This document shows positions 21,968 through 31,339 of a DNA stretch of 39,889 nucleotides, piece by piece. Source of the DNA: Bacteriovoracia bacterium (GTDB lineage Bacteria > Bdellovibrionota > Bacteriovoracia > Bacteriovoracales > Bacteriovoracaceae). A program made the position numbers and the translations under genes. The notes under the pieces are model-generated. The model was given only the letters and a program-made list of their open reading frames with translations, made no database searches and was not told the origin of the DNA. Location: contig JBKHVY010000001.1 of the NCBI GenBank assembly GCA_046569805.1, positions 1 through 39,889 on the forward strand, in the 5' to 3' direction. Numbering within the stretch: position 1 is the first letter of the stretch; the number at the start of each line of letters is the position of its first letter.

Positions 21968-23894
21968 GTTCCTTACGGGGATCGCCGCAGTTGTAACTCT
22001 GACTGCGGCATCCTCGTCTTTTTCCCAAACTGCACCTCTCGAAGCCCCGACATCTCTCCGCTACCCCGGCGTCTACGAGAGTTTCGAGAAGATGATTCAG
22101 TTCGACGAAACGCGCTTCGAAACGAAGTCCGCCGAACTCGCAGCAGCAAACAAAACACTCGGAGAAATCAAAGACATCAACGCCATCGACGTCGACCCCG
22201 ACTTCATGAACTCGTTGATCCTCAACTCGCCGGCGGGGTACCTGCGGCTCGCGGGCCGTGATCGGTGTGCGTTCTACGACACGCTCATCACCGATCTCCT
22301 GAAAACGAAGGAAGGGAAAGTCTCTCGCGTCTTCATTCAATACCAGGACCAAGACGGCCAAAATATTTCCGCCATCGTTTCGAAAAAGGACTTCCTCGAA
22401 AAGGTCGTCTACCAGTCCTGCCCAAAGACAAAAGACATCATCGCGAAGTTCCAGATCAAGGTGATAGACCAGACCATCAAAGCGACGAACTTCGACGTCC
22501 CCAACAACCGAGAGCAGTGCGAGTTCGTCTTCAACACGTGGAGCGATGATCCGCACACGCCCTACTGGTGTCAGATCCACGAGCTCATCGCCGAGACCGA
22601 TCGCTGGGCGAAGACGCCAAGCTTGCGCGATCCTGCTCAGAAGAAAGAGCAAGACACTCGCGTGGCGATCGCCCGGATCCTAAAGACTAAGCTGAGCGAC
22701 AACCAAAGAGACTTCATCCAAAACTTCTGCTCGCACGCAAACAACAGCAAGCTCTTCTGCGACGAGTTCTTCAGCACGAACTTCTTCTCGAAGATCCTCG
22801 ACGGGACCAAGCCCGACATCTACGTCAAAGACATCTGCCAGACGAGCCTCGGGAAAACCGCTTGGTCTCCGGCGGTCCTCAAGGAGTGCGTCCGCAAGCT
22901 CAAAGACGAGCAAGACGCCTGCTTCTTCGGTGCCTTCGAGACCACGGGTCTCTCGCCGAGGCCCCGCTGTGATCACCTGTCCCTCGCGCTGAACTATTCG
23001 GCGCTCGAAGCCACTTACGACGACTGTCCTCGCTACTCGGACCAGCAAGCCGTAACGAACGTTTCGCGCATAATCCGTCACCTGGACCGGCCACCAGTCC
23101 TCCCAACGCAAGGCTTCTGCTCGGCCGTGAGTGCGGGAACCGTTTTTGAGTTCAATCGTCGCTTCGGGAACGAAGACCAGTGGCAGGCCGCGGTTTGCTA
23201 CTTCGATCGTGTCGAGGAGAAAGAGCGCTGTCTTCCCGTCTTTTACGGTGACTACGGATCGTCGGCTGCATCACTGACCTCGGTCGTCGCGGAAGTTCTC
23301 TATCGAACAAAAGGCGCCGGAAAGGACACGAAGTGCAAGATCATTCGTCAGAGCGATTGGAACCCGACCCTCCTCGAGTATCGCTACGGATGTCAGATCC
23401 TCGTTGATGAAAACAACTGCGGCATGGGCCAGTGTGCTCACAAGGTCATGCTGAACGAGAAAGAAATCAAGGGCATCAAAGTTCGCGAAGGCCTCCCCTT
23501 CGATTACTTTCCGACGAACCTCACAAACGAGAAGTATAGTCAGACCTACGTGCTTCAAAAAGATGCCCAAAAGAAGATGCTGGCGATCACAACGCTCACG
23601 GGTCTACAGAACTTCTTCAAGCAGCACACCATGGGAATTCTCCACGGAGTCGGCTGCGCAGAAGATCTTCTACCGAGCTTTTTCCGAAAGACGAGCCTAA
23701 ACCAGTGTAGCCCACTGCCGTTCATCGTCGACGGAATGATTGCCGACGGAGACCGAATTGTCCTCGTGACCCGCTCCGCTGCGGACAGTCTCCAAGCTCC
23801 GCGCCTCATCTCCTGGAGCCTGATCTTCTCTGCGGTCAAGACGTATCAGTTCCACAACCCAATTCGCCAATGGACGTTGCATGGAATTTACTAA
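21927..23894 (+). CDS. large Cys-rich secreted protein, unknown function
   Basis: 655-aa ORF with a hydrophobic N-terminal segment (FLTGIAAVVTLTAASSSFSQ). About 20 Cys after the signal region by manual count. The start is uncertain: TTG at 21927 overlaps the upstream gene by 41 nt, and there is no in-frame ATG or GTG nearby. Confidence 0.65.
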   Translation: MKTWPHCSLSPFSKFLTGIAAVVTLTAASSSFSQTAPLEAPTSLRYPGVYESFEKMIQFDETRFETKSAELAAANKTLGEIKDINAIDVDPDFMNSLILNSPAGYLRLAGRDRCAFYDTLITDLLKTKEGKVSRVFIQYQDQDGQNISAIVSKKDFLEKVVYQSCPKTKDIIAKFQIKVIDQTIKATNFDVPNNREQCEFVFNTWSDDPHTPYWCQIHELIAETDRWAKTPSLRDPAQKKEQDTRVAIARILKTKLSDNQRDFIQNFCSHANNSKLFCDEFFSTNFFSKILDGTKPDIYVKDICQTSLGKTAWSPAVLKECVRKLKDEQDACFFGAFETTGLSPRPRCDHLSLALNYSALEATYDDCPRYSDQQAVTNVSRIIRHLDRPPVLPTQGFCSAVSAGTVFEFNRRFGNEDQWQAAVCYFDRVEEKERCLPVFYGDYGSSAASLTSVVAEVLYRTKGAGKDTKCKIIRQSDWNPTLLEYRYGCQILVDENNCGMGQCAHKVMLNEKEIKGIKVREGLPFDYFPTNLTNEKYSQTYVLQKDAQKKMLAITTLTGLQNFFKQHTMGILHGVGCAEDLLPSFFRKTSLNQCSPLPFIVDGMIADGDRIVLVTRSAADSLQAPRLISWSLIFSAVKTYQFHNPIRQWTLHGIY

Positions 23895-24945
23895 GCACTT
23901 GATCTGCGGCCTTCTCCTCGTAAGCTTCCCCGCACTGGGGAAGATCGAACTCCCACGCTTTGCCGCAAAGTTCGCCGTTGAAAACATTCGCTTCATGACC
24001 CAGGATGGCCGCTTCAGCTACACTCAGAAACGCTCTGGTGCCTTGACCCTGTCGACGAGCTTTAAGAGCACTGACGTCATCGAAAGTGCTCCGGGGACGA
24101 ACTACTATGTGACAGCGACGAGTGCGCGCAAAAAAGTTCTCGTCGAAATCGAACGTGACTGGCATCGCAACATGGACCTCACAAAGCTCCATGACATTCA
24201 GGTGGGGACCTTCAACGGCACGCAGTTCAATTCCATTGGACGAGGCCGTGCGGCGCGACTCCATCTCGATGACGAGTGGGCCTCGTGGTTTGACCCTAAG
24301 GAAAAAGTCATTCACGTGCAGCGCCTGAAAGTCGCCGACGACCACCACGTGATTCGCCTCGGGAAGAAGCACAACCCTTTCTTCATTCCGGACGTCGTCA
24401 TGGTGGATGCTAACACAATCCTTTACACGGACATCAACGACAAGGGCTTCGCCGCAGTCCTCGCCTGGAACATCCGCGACCGAAAGATGACCGTCGTCCA
24501 AAAAGCAACCGCCAGCGGTACGCGCATGGAGCTGTGCCGGCAGAGTAACTACGTTGCTCTCGGGGACTTCTCCTACGAGGACGCGAACCGCGGTTCCTCG
24601 ATCTCGGTCATGGCCTGGACCGATCGGCCAAACCTCGCAGGCTTCACGTCCGTCTACCGAGTTTCTGATAACGACATCGGTAACATGCTCTGTGCCCCGG
24701 GCAAGATCTGGTTCGTAAAGACCATGTCAGAGGACCGGAAGCTCAATACGCGGATCACCGAAGCCGTGAGCCTCGACCTCGCGACGACGAAGATCACGGC
24801 CGCGAGCGAGCTCGAGCGCGTTACCCAGCTGATCGACATGGACGGACGGATCCTCCTGCCCTACCGCGACGAGATCTACGTGCTCGAGGGCAGTGCCGGC
24901 TCGAACACCGAGGTCCTCAAGACACCGACGCGAGGCAAACCATGA
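23881..24945 (+). CDS. secreted protein, unknown function (beta-rich)
   Basis: 354 aa with a signal peptide (MEFTKHLICGLLLVSFPALG|K). Its start overlaps the upstream stop by 14 nt. No family recognised. Confidence 0.65.
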   Translation: MEFTKHLICGLLLVSFPALGKIELPRFAAKFAVENIRFMTQDGRFSYTQKRSGALTLSTSFKSTDVIESAPGTNYYVTATSARKKVLVEIERDWHRNMDLTKLHDIQVGTFNGTQFNSIGRGRAARLHLDDEWASWFDPKEKVIHVQRLKVADDHHVIRLGKKHNPFFIPDVVMVDANTILYTDINDKGFAAVLAWNIRDRKMTVVQKATASGTRMELCRQSNYVALGDFSYEDANRGSSISVMAWTDRPNLAGFTSVYRVSDNDIGNMLCAPGKIWFVKTMSEDRKLNTRITEAVSLDLATTKITAASELERVTQLIDMDGRILLPYRDEIYVLEGSAGSNTEVLKTPTRGKP

Positions 24946-25832
24946 AGCTCACTCTTCCTCTTTTGCTCCTCTGTGCGACGAGTGCCTGGGGCTTTAACAA
25001 AGACTTCACGATCGTCAACGACCGTGCTCCCCTCGAATTCCGACTGATGTTCGAAAGCATGAAGTACGCGCTTAAAGAGGTTCCCGAGCAGGTCCGACTC
25101 ATCGTCCTCGCCCAGCACATCAACAAGGGCATGGGCCCACTGAAGAAAGACCAATCCTTCTTCTTGCTCAAATCCGAAATCTACAAGTCACTGCTCGAGT
25201 GGCCTCATCCACAGACTCAATTCCAGGTGGGGAGCCACACCCTCGAGCGCATCCAGACCAACATGAAGGCAAGTCAGGCGATCTATACGCCCTTCTCGAT
25301 GTGGGTACTGGAGTCTCTGATTGCAGATCTAAAGACCTATCAGGCCCAGGGCCTCCTGGATCTGACTCCCGCACAAAGAAGTACACTCTCGGCAGAAAAA
25401 ACACAGCAGTACCTGAAGCTTCAAAAGATCCTCAAGTACACCCGCGGTTGGCTCGAGCAAGCTGACACTGTCTCGGCCAAGGACTTTAATCTCCTGACAG
25501 AAGACCTTTCTTGGAAAACCCTCGAACGCGTCAAAGAGCGCTCTGCACTTTTTCGTCGCTTCTCGTCAAAAGCGATCCAAGATTCGAATGAAAATACCTT
25601 CAACATCCCTGAGCAAGGTATGCCCCAGATGGCCGTACCAAAATCTGCGATAAAAATCGAGGAGACACCTAAGACTCTCGCTGAAGAAGGCCAGGAGCAA
25701 AAGACCGAGGCAGAGGCTGCGGTAGAGAGTATCCAAGTCGACTCCAGCGCTATTCCGGCCGATGCACTTTCCGAGGCGATCGATAAGATCGAAGCTGAAG
25801 CACCTGAAAAGTCCTCCGAAGGTTTAAAGTAG
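24942..25832 (+). CDS. secreted protein, unknown function, acidic low-complexity C-terminus
   Basis: 296 aa with a signal peptide (MKLTLPLLLLCATSAWG|F) and an ATGA overlap with the upstream gene. The C-terminal ~70 aa is E/A/K-rich. Confidence 0.65.
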   Translation: MKLTLPLLLLCATSAWGFNKDFTIVNDRAPLEFRLMFESMKYALKEVPEQVRLIVLAQHINKGMGPLKKDQSFFLLKSEIYKSLLEWPHPQTQFQVGSHTLERIQTNMKASQAIYTPFSMWVLESLIADLKTYQAQGLLDLTPAQRSTLSAEKTQQYLKLQKILKYTRGWLEQADTVSAKDFNLLTEDLSWKTLERVKERSALFRRFSSKAIQDSNENTFNIPEQGMPQMAVPKSAIKIEETPKTLAEEGQEQKTEAEAAVESIQVDSSAIPADALSEAIDKIEAEAPEKSSEGLK

Positions 25833-25917
25833 CTCTTGGCGAGGCGCGCCAATTATAGCGTGATCGCTCGCTCTAAGGTACTATCCAAGAGCTAGAAATC
25901 CAGATCAAAGGTATGGC

Positions 25918-27231
25918 ATGGCCCTCTCAAAACTTCCCTATAAAGGGACCCGCGATTTTTTTCCACCAGACATGCGCCAGAGAAACTTTCTGTTTCACAA
26001 GATGCGTGAGATCGCTGAACTCCATAGCTTTGAAAACTACGACGGCCCCATGGTGGAAGAGGTCGAGCTCTATCTCGCCAAATCCGGCGAAGAACTCATC
26101 AATGAACAGATCTACTCCTTCGTCGATCGCGGAGAGCGCAAGGTTGCCATCCGCCCCGAGATGACGCCGACCGTGGCACGCATGGTGGCGCAGATCCACC
26201 GCGAACAGAGCAAGCCCATTCGCTGGTTCTCGATCCCGAACCTCATGCGCTACGAGAAGCCGCAGAAGGGCCGACTGCGCGAGCACTGGCAGTTCAACTG
26301 CGACATCTTCGGTGCTCCAGAAGGCCTAGGTGAAATCGAGATCCTCCAGGTGGCGACAGGACTTCTTAAGAGCTTCGGAGCCTCCCATGAACACTTCGAA
26401 GTCCTCCTCAATGATCGTCGTGTTGTCGACGCCGTGTTCAAGCAGCTGCTGCGCCTCGACGATGCGCAAGCGCTCAAGCTCTACAAGGTCATCGATAAGT
26501 CGAAGAAGGTGTCGAGCGAGGCCCTCGATAAGATGATCGCTGACATCATCACTCAAGAGACTACCCGCGCTCACTTCAAGGAGTATCTCAAGCTCGATTC
26601 AATTCAAGCGCTCCAGAGTTTCCTCGAGCGCTATGGTCTCAAGGACGCTGCCGCGGGCTTCCTGCGCTTCGCGGAACGCCTCCCGGCCTCGGGCCTTAGC
26701 AAGTTCGTCGTCTACGATCCGACCATTGTTCGAGGCCTCGACTACTACACAGGAGTGGTGTTCGAGATCTTCGACAAGAGTCCAGATAATCGCCGTGCCA
26801 TCTGTGGCGGCGGGGCGTTTGCGAACTTGCTCCAGATCTTCAACGAAGAACCACTCGCCGGCGTAGGTTTCGGTCTCGGTGACGTGACTCTCGCCGACTT
26901 CCTCACCACCCACGGACTGATGCCGAAGTTCGAAAAGCCAGAGATCGATCTCCTCATTGCCTACGTCGACTCGAAGGCCGAAGCCGCCGCCTTCGAATTG
27001 AGTCGTGCGGTGCGCTCTCTGGGAGTTAAGACCGAGCTCTACCTCGGTGAAGCGAAACCAAAGAAAATCTTTTCTCATACCGAAAAACGCGGACACCGTG
27101 CAGTCATTATGATCGGCTCGAACGAACTCGAGTCAGGCGAGGTTGAAGTCAAGCGCCTCACTGATCAGGAGAAGGCCCGTGTGAAGCTCGATCGCCCGCA
27201 AGACATCCACCGATTCCTGGAGACGCTCTAA
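25918..27231 (+). CDS. hisS: histidine--tRNA ligase
   Basis: 437 aa. YKGTRDFFP, RPEMTPTVARM, RYEKPQKGRLREHWQFNCDIFG and GGGAFANLL match class II HisRS signatures, with a C-terminal anticodon-binding domain. Confidence 0.92.
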   Translation: MALSKLPYKGTRDFFPPDMRQRNFLFHKMREIAELHSFENYDGPMVEEVELYLAKSGEELINEQIYSFVDRGERKVAIRPEMTPTVARMVAQIHREQSKPIRWFSIPNLMRYEKPQKGRLREHWQFNCDIFGAPEGLGEIEILQVATGLLKSFGASHEHFEVLLNDRRVVDAVFKQLLRLDDAQALKLYKVIDKSKKVSSEALDKMIADIITQETTRAHFKEYLKLDSIQALQSFLERYGLKDAAAGFLRFAERLPASGLSKFVVYDPTIVRGLDYYTGVVFEIFDKSPDNRRAICGGGAFANLLQIFNEEPLAGVGFGLGDVTLADFLTTHGLMPKFEKPEIDLLIAYVDSKAEAAAFELSRAVRSLGVKTELYLGEAKPKKIFSHTEKRGHRAVIMIGSNELESGEVEVKRLTDQEKARVKLDRPQDIHRFLETL

Positions 27232-29882
27232 TGGAAAACCTCATCGACAAAACCTACGACCCGAAGGCCGCTGAAGACAAGTGGTACGCGCGCTGGGAAA
27301 AGGACGGCTGCTTCAAGCCGAAGAAAGGCAAGGCCGGGAAGACGTTTTCTCTCATCATGCCGCCGCCCAACGTGACGGGTAAGCTGCACATGGGCCACGC
27401 CCTCGATGCCACAACTCAAGATGCACTGATTCGCTTCAAGCGCATGAAAGGCTTTGAGACTCTCTGGATCCCAGGCACGGATCACGCCGGTATCGCTACG
27501 CAATCTGTTGTAGAGAAGCTGATTCAAAAAGAAGAAAAGAAAAATCGACACGAGATTGGCCGGGACGAATTCCTAAAGCGCATCTGGCAGTGGAAAGAGC
27601 AGTACGGCACGGAGATCGTCAATCAACAGAAGAAGATGGGCGTCTCCTGTGACTGGGACTACTCGACCTTCACCATGGACGAGATCCCGAACAAGGCCGT
27701 CCGAAAGTTCTTCGTTCACATGTACAACGAAGGTTTGATCTACCAGTCCGACTACATCGTGAACTGGGACCCGAAGCTCCAGTCGGCGATCTCGGACGCA
27801 GAAGTCGAGCACAAAGAAGTGAAGGGCTTCTTCTACCACCTCCTGTACAAGGTCAAGGGCTCCGAGGACATCCTCGAGGTCGCGACCACCCGCCCGGAAA
27901 CGATCTTCGCCGACACCGCCGTGGCCGTGCACCCCGAAGACGAGCGCTTCAAGCACCTCATCGGTTTGACGGCGATCATTCCGATCTGCAACCGTGAGGT
28001 CCCGATCATCGGCGACGAGCACGTCGACATGGAGAAAGGAACCGGCTGCCTCAAGGTTACACCGGGCCATGACTTCAACGACTTCGAGATCGGAAAGCGC
28101 CATGGCCTCCCGATCATCAACATCCTGAATCCGAACGGAACCTTTAACAGTTCAGCCCCCGAGATCGAGGGCCTGAAGGTGAAAGACGCGCGCGAGAAAG
28201 TCGAAGCGATCCTCAATGAGTTGAGTCTTCTCAAAGAGAAGAAGCCTCATACCCACCAGGTCGGACACGGCGAGCGCAGTGACGCCGTCATCGAGCCGCT
28301 CGTTTCGAAGCAGTGGTTCCTGAACGTGCGTAAGATGGCCGAAGACGCCGTCGCCGCCGTCGAGTCTGGTGCCATGACTTTCTATCCGAAGGGCTGGGAG
28401 AATACGTACTTCTCGTGGCTGCGCGAGCCGAAGGACTGGTGTATCTCACGGCAGCTCTGGTGGGGCCACCAGATCCCGGTGTTCTACTGCCTCGGCTGCG
28501 GTCACCAGTGGGCCAGCGAATCAGATCCCAAGCAGTGTCCGCAGTGCAAGCACACGGAGCTCAAGCAAGACCCGGACGTCCTCGACACGTGGTTCTCGTC
28601 AGGTCTCTGGCCACTCTCGACGCTAGGCTGGCCCGATGAAAAGGCCATGGCACAGAAGCGCTTTAATGACTTCTATCCCACAGCGACGCTCGTGACGGGC
28701 TTCGACATCATCTTCTTCTGGGTCGCCCGGATGATGATGATGTGCCAAGAGATGACCGGGAAAGCACCGTTCGCGCACGTCTACGTTCATGCCATCGTTC
28801 GTGATAAGCACGGCAAAAAAATGTCCAAGTCTTTGGGGAATGGCATCGATCCGCTCGATATGATTGCGCAGTACGGAGCGGACGCCATGCGCTTCACTCT
28901 GGCCGCAGGCTCCGGCTACAACCGGAACCTGAACCTCGATCCCGAGCGCATCGAGGGCTACCGCAACTTCATGAACAAGCTCTGGAACGCTTTCCGGTTC
29001 ATCCAGCCGCACCTTGAGCTCGCCTCTGACGAACTTCCACCCAAGGACCAGTGGCACTTGCATGACCGCTGGATTCTTGCTGAGCTGAACACGGTCGCGG
29101 GCCGCATGAACGACGCCATCGACGAGTACCGGTTTGATGATGCGAGCTCTGCCATCTACCAGTTCGTCTACGAGAAATTCTGCTCGTGGTACATCGAACT
29201 CTCGAAGAACATCTTGAACGGTAACAACGAAGCGGCGAAGCGCCAGCGGGCGTCCGTCTTGAAGTACGGCTTCCGTCAAATCATGAAGCTCCTCCACCCG
29301 ATAACTCCCTACATCACAGAGGAACTCTGGTCACATCTCGGAGGTAAAACTCTCCTGGCGACCGAGAGCTACGCAGAGTTCGATCCGCACTTGAGCGACG
29401 ACCGCGTGGCAGACCTCATGAATCGCTTCATCGAAGTCGTCACCGGCATTCGGAACATCCGCCAGAGCATGAACATCAAGCCGAAGGACCAGATCGACGT
29501 GCGCCTTTTCACGGATGACAAGAAGTTCGCAAAGTTTCTCTACGACTCGCGCCACTTCCTCGGAGACCTCGCGGCAGTGAAATCCGGAACGATCCGCGAG
29601 AAGAGCGCTGAGAGACCAAAACGCTCAGCTTCTATGGCCACGACACACACAGAAATCTGGCTCCCGCTCGAGGGCCTGGTCGACATTGAGGAACAGATCA
29701 AAAGAGTGCAGAAAGACATCGAGAAGACGCAAGGTGATTATCAGCGCGTCGAAGCGAAACTTTCGAACAGGACTTTCGTCGACAATGCCCCAGAAGACGT
29801 TGTGGCCGATGTGAAAGAGAAAGCTCGTCAGTTTCAGGAGAAACTCCAGTCACTGCAGACCATGCTTGGACAGTTTCAGTAA
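27231..29882 (+). CDS. valS: valine--tRNA ligase
   Basis: 883 aa. PPPNVTGKLHMGHAL (HIGH), KMSKSLGN (KMSKS), an editing-domain insert and a C-terminal coiled coil. The ATG overlaps the hisS TAA by 1 nt (TAATG). Confidence 0.95.
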   Translation: MENLIDKTYDPKAAEDKWYARWEKDGCFKPKKGKAGKTFSLIMPPPNVTGKLHMGHALDATTQDALIRFKRMKGFETLWIPGTDHAGIATQSVVEKLIQKEEKKNRHEIGRDEFLKRIWQWKEQYGTEIVNQQKKMGVSCDWDYSTFTMDEIPNKAVRKFFVHMYNEGLIYQSDYIVNWDPKLQSAISDAEVEHKEVKGFFYHLLYKVKGSEDILEVATTRPETIFADTAVAVHPEDERFKHLIGLTAIIPICNREVPIIGDEHVDMEKGTGCLKVTPGHDFNDFEIGKRHGLPIINILNPNGTFNSSAPEIEGLKVKDAREKVEAILNELSLLKEKKPHTHQVGHGERSDAVIEPLVSKQWFLNVRKMAEDAVAAVESGAMTFYPKGWENTYFSWLREPKDWCISRQLWWGHQIPVFYCLGCGHQWASESDPKQCPQCKHTELKQDPDVLDTWFSSGLWPLSTLGWPDEKAMAQKRFNDFYPTATLVTGFDIIFFWVARMMMMCQEMTGKAPFAHVYVHAIVRDKHGKKMSKSLGNGIDPLDMIAQYGADAMRFTLAAGSGYNRNLNLDPERIEGYRNFMNKLWNAFRFIQPHLELASDELPPKDQWHLHDRWILAELNTVAGRMNDAIDEYRFDDASSAIYQFVYEKFCSWYIELSKNILNGNNEAAKRQRASVLKYGFRQIMKLLHPITPYITEELWSHLGGKTLLATESYAEFDPHLSDDRVADLMNRFIEVVTGIRNIRQSMNIKPKDQIDVRLFTDDKKFAKFLYDSRHFLGDLAAVKSGTIREKSAERPKRSASMATTHTEIWLPLEGLVDIEEQIKRVQKDIEKTQGDYQRVEAKLSNRTFVDNAPEDVVADVKEKARQFQEKLQSLQTMLGQFQ

Positions 29883-29885
29883 GTT

Positions 29886-29920
29886 CTAGGGGGCGGCCCT
29901 TGGCACCCCCTAGCATTTTT
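29886..29920 (+). terminator. rho-independent terminator after valS
   Basis: 8-bp GC-rich stem CTAGGGGG/CCCCCTAG (29886-29893 / 29906-29913), 12-nt loop, then CATTTTT. Confidence 0.65.
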
Positions 29921-29945
29921 CCTAGTGAGCGATTAGTCTAAATCC

Positions 29946-30332
29946 ATGAGAAAACTCCTCTTCCTCGCTGCCTTCGTGTCTTCCACGTCCGTATGGGCGC
30001 AGTTGCGCTGCGTGGATAAACTGCTGCCGATCCCCAGGCCCTCAGGACTTCACCAGCTTGCCACTGGTGAGTGGACACCCGGCAGTTCGGAGTTCTTGAC
30101 GACGGCCGATGCCGAGCGCGCACTGCGCTCGCTGCTGTTCGGAAAACTCCTCTGTCGAGAAAACGAAATCGAGTTCAAGGGCACAACTGTGTGCATGCCC
30201 GTCGACGCCACGGCACCAGAGTCACACAGCTGCTACGTGCCCTCGACCCTGGGTTTCTTCATCGTCACGCAAGACTACTCGAAGAACGCCAACGTCATCT
30301 TCCATCGTCAGAAGCGCGCACGTAACGACTAG
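29946..30332 (+). CDS. small secreted protein, unknown function
   Basis: 128 aa with a signal peptide (MRKLLFLAAFVSSTSVWA|Q) and four Cys in the mature part. Its stop overlaps the convergent gene's stop on CTAG. Confidence 0.6.
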   Translation: MRKLLFLAAFVSSTSVWAQLRCVDKLLPIPRPSGLHQLATGEWTPGSSEFLTTADAERALRSLLFGKLLCRENEIEFKGTTVCMPVDATAPESHSCYVPSTLGFFIVTQDYSKNANVIFHRQKRARND

Positions 30333-31339
30333 AAGTAGAACATCTGCGACGTTTGATTAAACAGCGCCGACGCACTCACCTGTGCGCGAGGCTTAATCAG
30401 TGGAGCAGGCCCCGGCGTACCTGTCGCGATAGACGGGTCGCGGAGATCCATGAGCTGCCAGTTGGCGAAGAACGGGATCGGTGCATCCTTGCGCGGCTCA
30501 CCGGTCTCATAGATCGCGAGTGTATCGGTCCCAAGATACGTCGCATAGGAGATGCTCGCACCGGCCCGCGCCACAAGACCCTTCGCATGCGAGAGCATCT
30601 TCCCAAGCTCAATCCAATTCGGATTAAGAAAGAGGTCGTACTTATTGGTCTTCGGCAACCTCTGGATTAGACGCTCGGCGAGGAGCGCCCCCTTCGCCTC
30701 TTCCTCGGAAAAGAAGAGCACGAAGCGCTTGCCCTCGTGCAGGGAAAAGTACTCGAACCAGAAGTCGTCGAGCTTAAGCGGATCGAAGGGCCAGAGGTCC
30801 ACCGCAAGGTACGCGCCCTCTTCTTCTTTGTAGAACGGCGGCAGCTCCTTGCCTTTAACCTTCATCTGCTCGGGAATCCGGCGGTTCGTGAATTCCTTAA
30901 AGAGCGCGTAGTATTCTTCGCTGATGTGGTGTCCTGTGGGGCGCTTCATCGCGAGCGTCGTGAACCAGCGCTTCCAGCCCTCGGCGAAGGCGACGCGTTT
31001 CTTCGCGTTGAGGAAGTACCCGAGGGCTATCTCCTTGAGCGAATCACCGAGGCTAATGTAAATGTCTATTGCAGGGATCGTGAGGTTCACAGCAAAGCGG
31101 TGGGCGTCCATGAACGATTCTACTTCCTCTTCGTTCCACGGATGCCAGAAGCCTTCGAAGGGCAAAGCATAAAGCATTTCGATCTTATGCTCAGGACAGA
31201 TGAAGTGCAGGTTCGCCTCCGGATACGCGTCCCGGATCAGATGCAGCATCGGGAAAGAGAGCATCCTCTCCTGTAGCGGGGCCGGCAGTTTAATCGCAAT
31301 CGTTAGGCGATCAGATTTTGTTTCTGGCGTTTGTTCCAT
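30329..31339 (-). CDS. glycosyltransferase family 9 (heptosyltransferase-like) protein
   Basis: 336 aa. The N-terminus (RLTIAIKLPAPLQERMLSFPMLHLIRDAYPEANLHFICPE) resembles the GT9 'ILIIRLSALGD...P.L..L...yP.A.i..l' block, though the GD is not conserved. The C-terminal Rossmann-like half has ...LVARAGASISYATYLGTDTLAIY. Moderate family confidence. Confidence 0.6.
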   Translation of the reverse strand: MEQTPETKSDRLTIAIKLPAPLQERMLSFPMLHLIRDAYPEANLHFICPEHKIEMLYALPFEGFWHPWNEEEVESFMDAHRFAVNLTIPAIDIYISLGDSLKEIALGYFLNAKKRVAFAEGWKRWFTTLAMKRPTGHHISEEYYALFKEFTNRRIPEQMKVKGKELPPFYKEEEGAYLAVDLWPFDPLKLDDFWFEYFSLHEGKRFVLFFSEEEAKGALLAERLIQRLPKTNKYDLFLNPNWIELGKMLSHAKGLVARAGASISYATYLGTDTLAIYETGEPRKDAPIPFFANWQLMDLRDPSIATGTPGPAPLIKPRAQVSASALFNQTSQMFYF

